From positions 1-50,808 of IMG/VR virus record IMGVR_UViG_3300034137_000033: a stretch of DNA of 50,808 bases. One strand, written 5' to 3'. Under the pieces are notes generated by a model. The model made no database searches and was not told the DNA's origin. It saw only the letters and a program-made list of their open reading frames with translations. Source of the stretch: a virus. Lineage: Duplodnaviria; Caudoviricetes. The position numbers and the translations under genes are program-made. Below are positions 37,738-47,024 of this stretch, piece by piece (positions within the stretch are counted from its first letter, which is position 1; every line of letters begins with the position of its first letter).

Positions 37738-39248
37738 ACCAGATTGCAAAAAGCTTCGGCACGTTCTTCTTCAACAACGGTTTCCTGACCCCCGAGAGAA
37801 TCGATGCGGGAGTGGTTGTGCCTGGTGCAGAATTTTCGTTCGAGCTCTGGCATTCTTTCGTCGATCAGAAGGTATTAGCTGGTGTTACTCAAACCGGGGC
37901 ATTCGGGGTTGAGCTCAATGGTGCTACCTCGGGGGCTTTGTACGCATTTACCTCCTGTGCCTACGGCGTTTCTCTGAGCCAAGCAAATGGGCTTATCGAC
38001 TACACGGCAGCTTTCGACTTCAGAACCGGGTCTGCATACAGCTTCAACCTGACCGGTTCAATGGCACTCGTAATGCCCGAACGCATCGACTGGTCGACTC
38101 AGCCAGAGATGAGCATTCAGTACCTGACCGAGGTCATCGAGTCCTTTGATGGCACTGAGCAACGCATTGCTCTGCGTGACACACCACGATGCTCGCTTAG
38201 CTACCTGTACAGCATGACTGATGAGCAGCAGTACCGGTTTGATAACAAGATAGCTACGTCGACAGGTAGCATGATTGTGCCGCTGTGGCCGCTGCAGTGT
38301 CAGCTGTCACGTGCAGTGCAGCCTGGGGACACATCCGTTGTTTTGGAGGCGATCAACGCGCACGTGAGAACTTCCGACACGCTCCTGATTTCCGAGGGTG
38401 ATGAGTGTGAAGTGGTAAGCATCGAGTCCGTGGCCGGGGCAGTGGTGACCTTAAAACACCTGGCTAAGAAAACCTTCTCCACCAACGCGGTAGTTCTCCC
38501 AGCCCGAATCGCGTACCCAGCCGATGAGTCGAACTCCACATCGCTCCTGCGCGGCTTCGATCAGCATTCGATCACCTACGATTTGGACGAAACGCAGATC
38601 CGCAAGCCAATCCCGGTAGACGACTTCGAGTACCTCCATGGAAGGCCAATCCTCCCGTTTCGCCCAGACCGCTCGAAGGATGTTACGACGCAATACAATC
38701 GCCTGCGCGAAACGCTCGACCCTTTGATCGGAGCACGCAGCATCTACGACCGAGCCAGGGGGACGGTGAAAGTCCTTGGGCAAACCTTCACATTTTTCAG
38801 TGAAGCCGAACGCCAAAGATTCGAGGACTTCGCAGAACTCATGACCGGCGCACAGGGTGAGTTTTACATTGAGGGCCCCGGTCAAGCTTTCGAGCTCAGC
38901 GAAGACATTGTCGTAACAACATACAAAATCAGAATAAAAAATAGTGGATACACTAACTTCGCTAACAGCAACTCGCTCGCCCCAATAGCGGCAATAAAGC
39001 TGTATGATGGAACTACTATTTACAGAACAATCCTGAGCGTCACTGGCAACCCAGACGGCACAGAAACAATCACCACAAAAGAAATAACAGTCAGCCTCAA
39101 GACAACTGACATTGAAGCAATCGTACCGCTTTATCTTGCAAGATTTGACTCAGATGAATTTCGCTACATCTTCGACACCAGCGAAGTGTCGACTATAACT
39201 AAAAATATAAGACAACTACTCTATGCTGACTCTGCAATCGATACATAA
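37734..39248 (+). CDS. Tail protein (distal tail-like)
   Basis: IDWS, YLTEVIES.DGTEQRIALR.TPR, ARFDSD. Confidence 0.65.
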   Translation: MNQIAKSFGTFFFNNGFLTPERIDAGVVVPGAEFSFELWHSFVDQKVLAGVTQTGAFGVELNGATSGALYAFTSCAYGVSLSQANGLIDYTAAFDFRTGSAYSFNLTGSMALVMPERIDWSTQPEMSIQYLTEVIESFDGTEQRIALRDTPRCSLSYLYSMTDEQQYRFDNKIATSTGSMIVPLWPLQCQLSRAVQPGDTSVVLEAINAHVRTSDTLLISEGDECEVVSIESVAGAVVTLKHLAKKTFSTNAVVLPARIAYPADESNSTSLLRGFDQHSITYDLDETQIRKPIPVDDFEYLHGRPILPFRPDRSKDVTTQYNRLRETLDPLIGARSIYDRARGTVKVLGQTFTFFSEAERQRFEDFAELMTGAQGEFYIEGPGQAFELSEDIVVTTYKIRIKNSGYTNFANSNSLAPIAAIKLYDGTTIYRTILSVTGNPDGTETITTKEITVSLKTTDIEAIVPLYLARFDSDEFRYIFDTSEVSTITKNIRQLLYADSAIDT

Positions 39249-40023
39249 AGCGCTATCTTTGTCCCGTCCAATTGAGCTATTTCTTTTTGAGCACGGAACG
39301 GAGAAGTATGCTTACACCAGTGGTAGCAGGCAGCACTTGCACACGGATGGCCTGATCTACAAGCCACTGAGCCTCAAGCGCGGCAAAGTCCAACGAACAG
39401 CCGAAGACTACAAGAACCAGCTGACCTTGGACATGCCGGGCGACTCACCAGTACCACTGCTGTTCCGATCACATTTGCCGTCAAACCACGTGACCATCAA
39501 GGTTTTCCAAACGCAGCGAGACCTACCCGGTGAGTCGATCAACGTCTTCGCCGGAGAAGTCACGAGTGTAACCTGGAACAACTCCATCGCGTCCTTGGCC
39601 TGCAATCCTGTCTCCAGATCCCTCACACGCCAAGTGCTTCGCTGCGGCTACCAAAGTCAGTGTAATCACCACCTCTACGACAGCAGGTGCGGCCTTCAAA
39701 TCCAGGATTGGCAAGAAGACACCAAGGTAACGGCCATCAAAGACAACGGATTCACCGTGGAAGTAGCCAGCAAGCAAAACGAAGACGACTACTACATCAC
39801 AGGCTTGTTATCAAAGAATGGAAGTGACTTCCGCATGATCACATCCTGTTCCGGTAATGTATTTAAGCTTATGTCTCCGATTGATGGGCTCAAGGTAGGC
39901 GATGCTATTCAAGTCGCTAAAGGGTGCGATCACTCTGCGGCTGCGTGTCACGCATTTGATAACTTCGATAACTTTTTGGGATTCTTAACGATCCCTACTG
40001 ATAACCCGTTTCAAGTTTACTAA
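39223..40023 (+). CDS. Tail-tip hub protein (BR0599/DUF2163-like)
   Basis: C..HLYD..C, GCDHS...C..FDN..NFLGF..IP..NPF Cys motif. Confidence 0.85.
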   Translation: MLTLQSIHKALSLSRPIELFLFEHGTEKYAYTSGSRQHLHTDGLIYKPLSLKRGKVQRTAEDYKNQLTLDMPGDSPVPLLFRSHLPSNHVTIKVFQTQRDLPGESINVFAGEVTSVTWNNSIASLACNPVSRSLTRQVLRCGYQSQCNHHLYDSRCGLQIQDWQEDTKVTAIKDNGFTVEVASKQNEDDYYITGLLSKNGSDFRMITSCSGNVFKLMSPIDGLKVGDAIQVAKGCDHSAAACHAFDNFDNFLGFLTIPTDNPFQVY

Positions 40024-40054
40024 CCACTTAATAATAAGAATAAAAGGGTTTCCG

Positions 40055-42421
40055 ATGGTTTACTTCATGATTGCCTTGACGGTTCTGTCTATGTACTTGT
40101 CAATCAAGATGCAGAAGAAGCCTGAAAAGCCGACTGCGGCGGGGCTTGAGGACTTCAGCTTTCCAACTGCAGCAGAGCGACCAATTCCTGTCTTCGTGGG
40201 GACTAGGCGTATATCTGGGCCCAATGTGCTGTGGTACGGCGATCTTCTCACCAGAGCAATCAAGACAGTCACGAAGAGTATGTTTAGCTCCAAAAAAACG
40301 GTCACGGGATACCGCTACTACATGGGTGTCCAGCTCGGAATATGCCACGGCCCGGATGTCCAGCTCCGTGAGATCAAGTTCGGTGACGACGTGGCGTGGT
40401 CTGGACTAAGCACTGGTGGCCCGATCCAGATCGACAAGCCTGCTCTCTTCGGTGGTGACACGAACGGTTCTGGTGGAATCTCCGGAACGATGAGGTTTTA
40501 TCCAGGTGCTCTGACCCAAGCCCCAAACGAGTATTTGGTCAGCAAGGTTGGTTCAGATCTCGTGTCTGCGATACGTGGTGTCAGCTACTGCGTCATGGAA
40601 GGCATGTACATCGGGAACTCATCGAGCCCGCAAGCCACAAGCTTCGTCGTCAGCAGGTTCCCCAAATCACCAGACGACCGCTTCAGCGATTACGAGCAGA
40701 TCGGCCTTGACGCAAACCCCGCATTTTTCATATACGAGATGATCACTCACGGCCTTTACGGTGCTGATCTCGGCTATTCGTCTATTGACCTGGATTCGTT
40801 CACTTCCGCCGCTAAAACCCTTTTTGATGAAGGGCTAGGCATATCAGCAGTCATTGACTCATCAACGACCGCTGGTGACGTGATCAATGACGTCAAACGC
40901 GTGATCCAGGGCTCATTGCAAACAGATCCTGCAACCGGCGCACTGAAGCTCAGGCTGATCAGAAACGACTACATCGTCGACGAGCTGCCATTGCTCGATC
41001 AGTCGAACATCAAGAATCTCTCCGGGTTCACACGCGGCTCTCTCGACACAGCAATCACCGAGGTGAAGCTCAAGTACACAAGCATCGACGACGACTTCAC
41101 AGAGCGTACAGTGATCGCACAGAACAACGCCTTGCGAATGCACAAAGGGGATAGCGACGGACAGGTCGTCCAGATGCCCATGATCAGCACCCGCGAAACG
41201 GCAGCGAAGATCGTGATGAGGGAAATGGCCAGCGCATCGGTTCCTTTGGCAACCTGTACCGCCGAGTGCAATCGCGGCCCCGCACACACCGAAGTCGGTG
41301 ACGTCGTTCGCCTGAGCTGGCCAGCCGAAGGCGTCGACAAATTAGTCATGCGCGTGACCGGCATCGACCTTGGCGCTCCTCAGGATGGTTCTGTGCGCCT
41401 GACCCTCGTCCAAGATGTCTTCGGTGTCTTCATGAGCGTCTACGCCGATGGCTCCGAGCGTCAGTGGACGAAACCCACCTTCAAGGCTACTGACATCACT
41501 CGCTTCGACATCATTGATGCACCGACCATTTTGACGACAAGCCAAACAACCGGGAGCGTGCTTGTCGTTGCGGAAAATCCTGGCGTTGCGTTGGACTACC
41601 AGCTTCAGGTGAAGGGTGGTGTCGATAGCGGCTACATTGATGCTGGAGCGATGCCTTTCACGCCGTTTTTCTCGACTACGAAAGCCATGGGTACTGGCTG
41701 GACTGATGTGAGCGTCGTGCTTTCAGGGGCATCTGCAGAGTTGTCGTCGATCACGGCTGATGAGGTTCGTCAGGGGCTTGGCTTGATGCTGATCGTCAGT
41801 GCCCTTGGGAAAGAATGGATCTCGTATCAGAACGCTGTGGCTGGCAATTCAACGACTGTAAATCTTGGTCTGGTCAACCGTGGGCTATTCAACACGAAGC
41901 CTTTGGCGCACCCAGCAGGAGCTCGCGCATGGGCTGTTTCCGAGGGTTTCGGGGTTACTGACTGGCAGTATGCGAAGAGTGAGTCTGTGTCGCTCAGGAT
42001 GCTTCCGAGGACTCAGACCGGGGTGCTCGATGTCGATGATGCTGTCGTTCATTCGTATAGCGTTGCAGGGGCGAACCTGGCTCCTTGGGCACCAGGGCGT
42101 GTGCGTGTGAATGGCGTCGAAGGTGGTCAGATCTCGGGTGTTGCAACTGTGACCTGGAGGAAGCGTGATGGATCATTGCCTACTGTGATGTTCTACGGTG
42201 ACGACGAAAGCCGGGTGAGTGATGCGGCGTACCAGGTGGTTGTGAAATCAGGGAGTACGGTCGTCAAAACTGTCAGTGGGATTACTGGCGAATCGTGGTC
42301 GTTTACTGATGAGATGGCGCTGAATGGCGGGGCTTACTACAGCAGCCTGGCTTTCGAGATCAGTGCTCAAAAGCCAGGGTTTACGGATTCAGTCGCCGCT
42401 AGGGTAAGCGTGACCCGGTGA
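40055..42421 (+). CDS. Tail tip/central fibre protein (Phage-tail_3/GTA-like)
   Basis: FPTA..RPIPVFVGT, GPNVLWYGD, GICHGP, ANPA..IYE, LIRNDY, RG..NT.P..H.AG. Confidence 0.85.
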   Translation: MVYFMIALTVLSMYLSIKMQKKPEKPTAAGLEDFSFPTAAERPIPVFVGTRRISGPNVLWYGDLLTRAIKTVTKSMFSSKKTVTGYRYYMGVQLGICHGPDVQLREIKFGDDVAWSGLSTGGPIQIDKPALFGGDTNGSGGISGTMRFYPGALTQAPNEYLVSKVGSDLVSAIRGVSYCVMEGMYIGNSSSPQATSFVVSRFPKSPDDRFSDYEQIGLDANPAFFIYEMITHGLYGADLGYSSIDLDSFTSAAKTLFDEGLGISAVIDSSTTAGDVINDVKRVIQGSLQTDPATGALKLRLIRNDYIVDELPLLDQSNIKNLSGFTRGSLDTAITEVKLKYTSIDDDFTERTVIAQNNALRMHKGDSDGQVVQMPMISTRETAAKIVMREMASASVPLATCTAECNRGPAHTEVGDVVRLSWPAEGVDKLVMRVTGIDLGAPQDGSVRLTLVQDVFGVFMSVYADGSERQWTKPTFKATDITRFDIIDAPTILTTSQTTGSVLVVAENPGVALDYQLQVKGGVDSGYIDAGAMPFTPFFSTTKAMGTGWTDVSVVLSGASAELSSITADEVRQGLGLMLIVSALGKEWISYQNAVAGNSTTVNLGLVNRGLFNTKPLAHPAGARAWAVSEGFGVTDWQYAKSESVSLRMLPRTQTGVLDVDDAVVHSYSVAGANLAPWAPGRVRVNGVEGGQISGVATVTWRKRDGSLPTVMFYGDDESRVSDAAYQVVVKSGSTVVKTVSGITGESWSFTDEMALNGGAYYSSLAFEISAQKPGFTDSVAARVSVTR

Positions 42422-42423
42422 GA

Positions 42424-43083
42424 TTAGTTCTTGACCAGAAACCTAGCTTTCTCACCATCAGAATCAGAGCGAAGCTTCATCACCATTCGCTGGATAAATG
42501 GGATATGACTGTCGCGATCTAGATCCGCAAAGACCATTCCCTGTCCGTTCAGGTTGTCCATTACGATCTGAATACTTTTCGAGTTTAAAATGCCCAAGTG
42601 TATCGTCTTGCAGTCAACATCGTCTTTTTGGACTTTGTAGAAAGTCATGTGATGTGCAGACTTATAATTTGTCTCCCAGGCCACATGCTCAGTTTTCATG
42701 CCCGCAAGGAAAAGTGGTTGCTGAACCCCAGAGTCGGATTTTCTGATTTCGCAGAGACCACCTTGAGAATCCTCCATCATCATGCCGGGATCAATTCCGT
42801 ACTGCTTCAAGACGGTTGTATCGCCGGTAAACTTTATTCGAAGTCCTGACTTTGAGATATCGTTGACTCTGTCGTAGATGAAACCCTTGTCGATTATATC
42901 TACCTTGATTTTTGCATGGAGTGGGGTTAGCAGCTTTGCTCCATTATTTTGAGTGTAGAGATACACGTTGCCAGTGAATGTGTCGGCCATTAGCGTCCTG
43001 TTATAGCCAAGAAAAATCTCTCCGATAACCCAGAACACACACATAAAAGCAAAGAACTTAGCGAATGTTTTACGCCGCAGCAT
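42424..43083 (-). CDS. Membrane-anchored hypothetical protein
   Basis: N-terminal TM helix, GAGGAG RBS, overlaps the upstream gene, AT-rich. Confidence 0.6.
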   Translation of the reverse strand: MLRRKTFAKFFAFMCVFWVIGEIFLGYNRTLMADTFTGNVYLYTQNNGAKLLTPLHAKIKVDIIDKGFIYDRVNDISKSGLRIKFTGDTTVLKQYGIDPGMMMEDSQGGLCEIRKSDSGVQQPLFLAGMKTEHVAWETNYKSAHHMTFYKVQKDDVDCKTIHLGILNSKSIQIVMDNLNGQGMVFADLDRDSHIPFIQRMVMKLRSDSDGEKARFLVKN

Positions 43084-43411
43084 GTTCTAACTCCTCAGCT
43101 TCACGCTTATAAAATGGGGGCTCAACATTAAGCAGTGCAGCGCCAAGGAGGAATACACCAACATTTTCCCAGATCATCTCACCCATGAAGGGTAGTAATG
43201 TGCTAGAGCCAGGTAGGATCGTTGCCATTATCGCAATTGGATATCCGAGCAAGTCCATAACTAGAGATGGGGCATGATAGCCGTGCAGCAAATTGCGTGC
43301 AGAAATTACTGTCTCGCTGAATGTTTGAAGCTCAGTCGAAGACGCGAGTAGAAAACCTGGCGCGACGACGCTAAACATAAATACTGCCCACACCACTCGA
43401 TAGATACGCAT
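43070..43411 (-). CDS. Small integral membrane protein
   Basis: 2-3 hydrophobic segments, GGGAG RBS. Confidence 0.6.
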   Translation of the reverse strand: MRIYRVVWAVFMFSVVAPGFLLASSTELQTFSETVISARNLLHGYHAPSLVMDLLGYPIAIMATILPGSSTLLPFMGEMIWENVGVFLLGAALLNVEPPFYKREAEELEHAAA

Positions 43412-43479
43412 ACAACTCCCTTGCACTGTAAGTTTGCATCAATGCTACGTGTAGGCAACTAGCGTGAAAAGCGTTTTTA

Positions 43480-44460
43480 CTACGCAGTTACATACCCAAT
43501 TGTGGTTTTTCTAATAACTCCCAAACTCTCTGCGTTCCTGAAAATCTGACCAGCTCGGAGGTTCCCGATCCGTGAGTTTTTCGCGAATTCCTTGAGCTTC
43601 ACCGGCGTGCCGGGTGCCAAGGTTTTTGCGTGAAAAACCAGGGTTTTCAGGATTTCTGCGTTGGAATCCGGCAGCGTTTCTCCAGTTTTCGGCGTTTCTG
43701 GCGTTTCCGTCACCTCCTGTGGCATGCCAGTCACCTTAACTTCCGATGATGGCGTTTCGCTAGCTTCTGAGGCTACAACACCCGCGCTAGAGCGTCCAGA
43801 GCTTCTGACGCCAGCTAGGATGAGTGCCGGAACTATCTCCAGGGCCATGGCGAAGCCGAGGCACAGAAACTGCGCAAGCAGCGGAGGCAGGCTCGACGCT
43901 TTAGCAACACCAGATTTGATGTGCGCGATCTCCAGGGAGCCTTCATTAAGGCGTGCTAGTGCCTGAGCGCGCTGAGCTGCCGCACGAGAGCTTACTGACT
44001 CTTCAAGCTCCAAGGCCTTGGAAACCATTCCACGCGCCCGCAGATCATTAGCCTGTAACCCCGCATCGGCGATCTCTTTATCAAGGTGTGAGATCAGTGC
44101 TGAGTCTTTCTGAGCCATTGCAATCAATGCATTAACACGGTCAGTAGTCATTACTTCGTGAGTTGCTTTGCTGACGCTAATCGAAGTCATGAGTCGATCA
44201 TAAGTGGCCCAACCGCTAACACCCGAAAGCATCAGGGCGCATGCAATTGTCAGCACTGCACTTGTGCCACGCAAAACACGAATGGCAACAGGCCACGCCA
44301 GATACTTGAAAATATCCAGGAGCACGGCTGCAGACGCAAACAGAAGCGCCAGGTTCTTGTCTTCAATCAATGCGTACATTGCAAAGGCAACGGAAATTGC
44401 AGTTACGCTAGACAAAAGGAATGCGATTGCGACAAGTAATGCCGACAGCTTTTTGCTCAT
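43480..44460 (-). CDS. Membrane protein with coiled coil and C-terminal FtsK-gamma-like winged helix
   Basis: 3 N-terminal TMs, coiled coil, a 4th TM, ETP-rich linker, then RIGNLRAGQIFRNAESLGVI. Confidence 0.6.
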   Translation of the reverse strand: MSKKLSALLVAIAFLLSSVTAISVAFAMYALIEDKNLALLFASAAVLLDIFKYLAWPVAIRVLRGTSAVLTIACALMLSGVSGWATYDRLMTSISVSKATHEVMTTDRVNALIAMAQKDSALISHLDKEIADAGLQANDLRARGMVSKALELEESVSSRAAAQRAQALARLNEGSLEIAHIKSGVAKASSLPPLLAQFLCLGFAMALEIVPALILAGVRSSGRSSAGVVASEASETPSSEVKVTGMPQEVTETPETPKTGETLPDSNAEILKTLVFHAKTLAPGTPVKLKEFAKNSRIGNLRAGQIFRNAESLGVIRKTTIGYVTA

Positions 44461-44573
44461 CTTGAGCTCCGAAATCTCTGTATAAGTCCATTATATAAGG
44501 GGTTCCAGGCAGTGCAATAGCATAGCTGGGCTATTTGACATCAAACTACCTTCATATAGATTGCATTTATTTA

Positions 44574-44602
44574 TTGAGTGGACGAGTCCAATTCAATATT
44601 AT
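44574..44602 (+). promoter_or_regulatory. sigma70-like promoter
   Basis: TTGAGT-17 bp-TATTAT. Confidence 0.55.
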
Positions 44603-44635
44603 GTTTATAAATCCCGAACAAAAAGGAAAACAATA

Positions 44636-45088
44636 ATGGGCATCAAGGTATCGATTAATCACCAAGCAATTGCTGAAGCGCTTATTAAAAGCGGCGATCT
44701 TCATCGCGATGGTTGCGGATGCGGACTTTCATATGAGCACGATGAGGCTCAGGAACTTCAGGAGTTAATTGATATTAGTCTGGATGTAATCGAAGTGTTC
44801 GGCGAAGCCGGCTTACGCGCACTCGTGAATCAAGCGGAGAAACGTGCAGACGAATTGGATCTGAAAGTTCGTGCAGCGGAAGCGCAGGCTAAGGCGGAAG
44901 CCGAAAAAACCTTGGGTGAGGCTCAGCTGTCGGAGTACGACCAATTGGCCCTCATGAGCGCTGTTGGCAGTATCGGTGGGGATATCGACGCATACGACCT
45001 CGCGAAGACGCTGGTGCGCCGCAAGGTCTATTCAGTCGCCGAAATTATGCGTCTCTCAAGCGTGCAGCTGAGGCATCTACTCTCGTAA
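44636..45088 (+). CDS. Hypothetical protein
   Basis: 150 aa, AAGGA RBS, own promoter. Confidence 0.6.
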   Translation: MGIKVSINHQAIAEALIKSGDLHRDGCGCGLSYEHDEAQELQELIDISLDVIEVFGEAGLRALVNQAEKRADELDLKVRAAEAQAKAEAEKTLGEAQLSEYDQLALMSAVGSIGGDIDAYDLAKTLVRRKVYSVAEIMRLSSVQLRHLLS

Positions 45089-45502
45089 AAACGACTCAGC
45101 CAGCAAGGTGGCCAGGGGCGCAGGTTTCTGGCCTTTTTCGAATGACGCCACTAGAAATGTTTTGCCGGTACGGTCGCGAAGCACCATGCCTTCTTTGACC
45201 AGGCGTGCTTCGACGTGCATCTCTGCGAAAAGCCCGAAAGCAGTCGTGTCGCCGTCCACTTGGCCATAGATCCAGCCAGCTTCGTCGGCTACGACTTCAC
45301 TCAGAACATGGTCAGACGGTCGGAAAGCTCTCTTGATCATCCTGCCGACCCTCCTGGCACCCTTGGCCATCATCACGAATAACCATATCGCCGGGATAAG
45401 TGGAATCGAAATCAGGATTCCACCCCACACGTTGATCTGATGCACAACCCAGCGCAGCAGGCTCCACAATGTCCGTAATGGAACCATCCAGTTGACCCTC
45501 AC
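45077..45502 (-). CDS. Hypothetical membrane protein
   Basis: One TM, GTGA overlap with the upstream ORF. Confidence 0.55.
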   Translation of the reverse strand: MRVNWMVPLRTLWSLLRWVVHQINVWGGILISIPLIPAIWLFVMMAKGARRVGRMIKRAFRPSDHVLSEVVADEAGWIYGQVDGDTTAFGLFAEMHVEARLVKEGMVLRDRTGKTFLVASFEKGQKPAPLATLLAESFLRE

Positions 45503-45810
45503 GATTGATCTCCCTCAGTTGTGGCGCTTGCTGGCTTGTCGTGCAGAAAGCTCAGGGCAAGCAGAGCGTGTATAGATTCAAACAGCGAACCAGCCTTATC
45601 ATCGAGGCTCAGTATCATGTACTCGTGCCCCTGGACGTCTTTGACGCCAATACCCATGTCATCAATCCAAGCACTGTGTATGTGGAAGGTCTGATGTAGC
45701 TCACCGTCAAATTCCTTCCCATCAACAACTCCATATGTAAGCCCGGCAACATCAATGGCATTGCCCTTATGCAAAACATATGCTTCATAAATCAATGCGC
45801 AACGAGCCAT
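45499..45810 (-). CDS. Hypothetical protein
   Basis: 103 aa, GGAGG RBS. Confidence 0.65.
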   Translation of the reverse strand: MARCALIYEAYVLHKGNAIDVAGLTYGVVDGKEFDGELHQTFHIHSAWIDDMGIGVKDVQGHEYMILSLDDKAGSLFESIHALLALSFLHDKPASATTEGDQS

Positions 45811-45903
45811 TTAACCTCCATTACATATATGCTGATTGTACCGCTTGCAAGGTTTGCCAGCAAACACTAGCATTGGAATTGTGGAATTAAGGAGCTGCAT
45901 GCT

Positions 45904-46563
45904 ATGAAACGTTTCAGAAGTATTTTGAATGCGCAGCCCGTAGCTAAGTTGTATCTAGAAAATAAGTCAGTTGACGATAGATTTAAGAAATCTGGTGCTA
46001 CAGATGAATTGACAAGATTTGCATACACACTGGCACTTCGTGGCGTGCATCCGAATAGCCTTGATTCTATTGTTGACTTCAGACTTGAAGACGTTGTTGG
46101 CCTCCTGCTGGCTGATAGAGAAACTACCCAAGGTCTCAAGCATGAGTTCGATGAGTTTCGGGTTGTTTGGCGCAGGCTTTACGACCGTGAGCGAAACCGT
46201 CGGGATGCGATTTGGCGACTAGAGTTGATCGAGCCGGGATCTAAGTCGGCTGAGCCATTCCTGGAATTACTGTCGGCAATCAGGGATGCAGACGAGACAG
46301 ATCCCATTGGGGAGGCGTTTGCGCTGGGTATTCATGAGGTCGTGGCGATGGTGCCCGTCACCTCAGTACCTGGGTGGATTGACTACGTCGCTCACGATGA
46401 TATTCCAGAACCCTGGTGCGAACGTTTCCAGCAAGCTAGCGCGGGCTCGACAGCTACGATCCGTGGGAATTATGCGTACGATTGGGAGAAGTTTGTACGG
46501 CTTTGGGAGGTAGAAATGGACATGATAGCTAAACACGAGCTGGCACGTGGGGAGCCGCTATGA
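45904..46563 (+). CDS. Hypothetical protein
   Basis: 219 aa, AAGGAG RBS, ATGA-coupled to the exonuclease gene. Confidence 0.65.
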   Translation: MKRFRSILNAQPVAKLYLENKSVDDRFKKSGATDELTRFAYTLALRGVHPNSLDSIVDFRLEDVVGLLLADRETTQGLKHEFDEFRVVWRRLYDRERNRRDAIWRLELIEPGSKSAEPFLELLSAIRDADETDPIGEAFALGIHEVVAMVPVTSVPGWIDYVAHDDIPEPWCERFQQASAGSTATIRGNYAYDWEKFVRLWEVEMDMIAKHELARGEPL

Positions 46564-47024
46564 AAATTGTTGTGGACTGCGAATTCACACAGCTCAATGC
46601 TACCGCCAGGCTCATCTCTATGGCGCTGGTTGCTGAAGACGGTCAAGAGCTCTACTTCGAGCTTAGCGATAATTGCGTCCTAGCTGACTGCAGTGATTTC
46701 GTTGTTGAGAGGGTGTTGCCACAGCTAACTGGAAGTAGCGCCTCAATTTCACTGGACGCTGCAAGGCAGGAATTGTTGGCGTTCCTGGGTCGCTTCGATA
46801 ATGCCGAAATCATGTCTGACGCGCCCGCATGGGACTGGGAGTTCTTCTGTGATATCGCTTACCACAACGGAAAATGGCCGATTAATGTATCCAATAGACC
46901 ACTCAATTTGATTGACATATTCAATGATAAAGACGTGCCGGGTGAAGATGCGCCCGAGCTTCCGCATCATGCGTTGCTCGACGCCAGATTACTAATGAAC
47001 TACTACAAGCGCCTTCTCAAATAG
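46560..47024 (+). CDS. DEDDh 3'-5' exoribonuclease (Rv2179c/DUF5051-like)
   Basis: VVDCEFT, LISMALV, SDAPAWDW, HHALLDAR. Confidence 0.85.
   Translation: MKIVVDCEFTQLNATARLISMALVAEDGQELYFELSDNCVLADCSDFVVERVLPQLTGSSASISLDAARQELLAFLGRFDNAEIMSDAPAWDWEFFCDIAYHNGKWPINVSNRPLNLIDIFNDKDVPGEDAPELPHHALLDARLLMNYYKRLLK

Noticed and set aside
3136-42176. Numerous antisense or alternate-frame ORFs inside long genes (e.g. 4454-4984, 12904-13479, 20749-21525, 22736-23365)
   Set aside because: Shadow ORFs of well-supported genes, with no motifs. Only Rz1 and the GT frameshift are supported overlaps.
43670-43760. Short GGCGTTTC repeats
   Set aside because: Explained by the ETP-repeat linker coded on the minus strand
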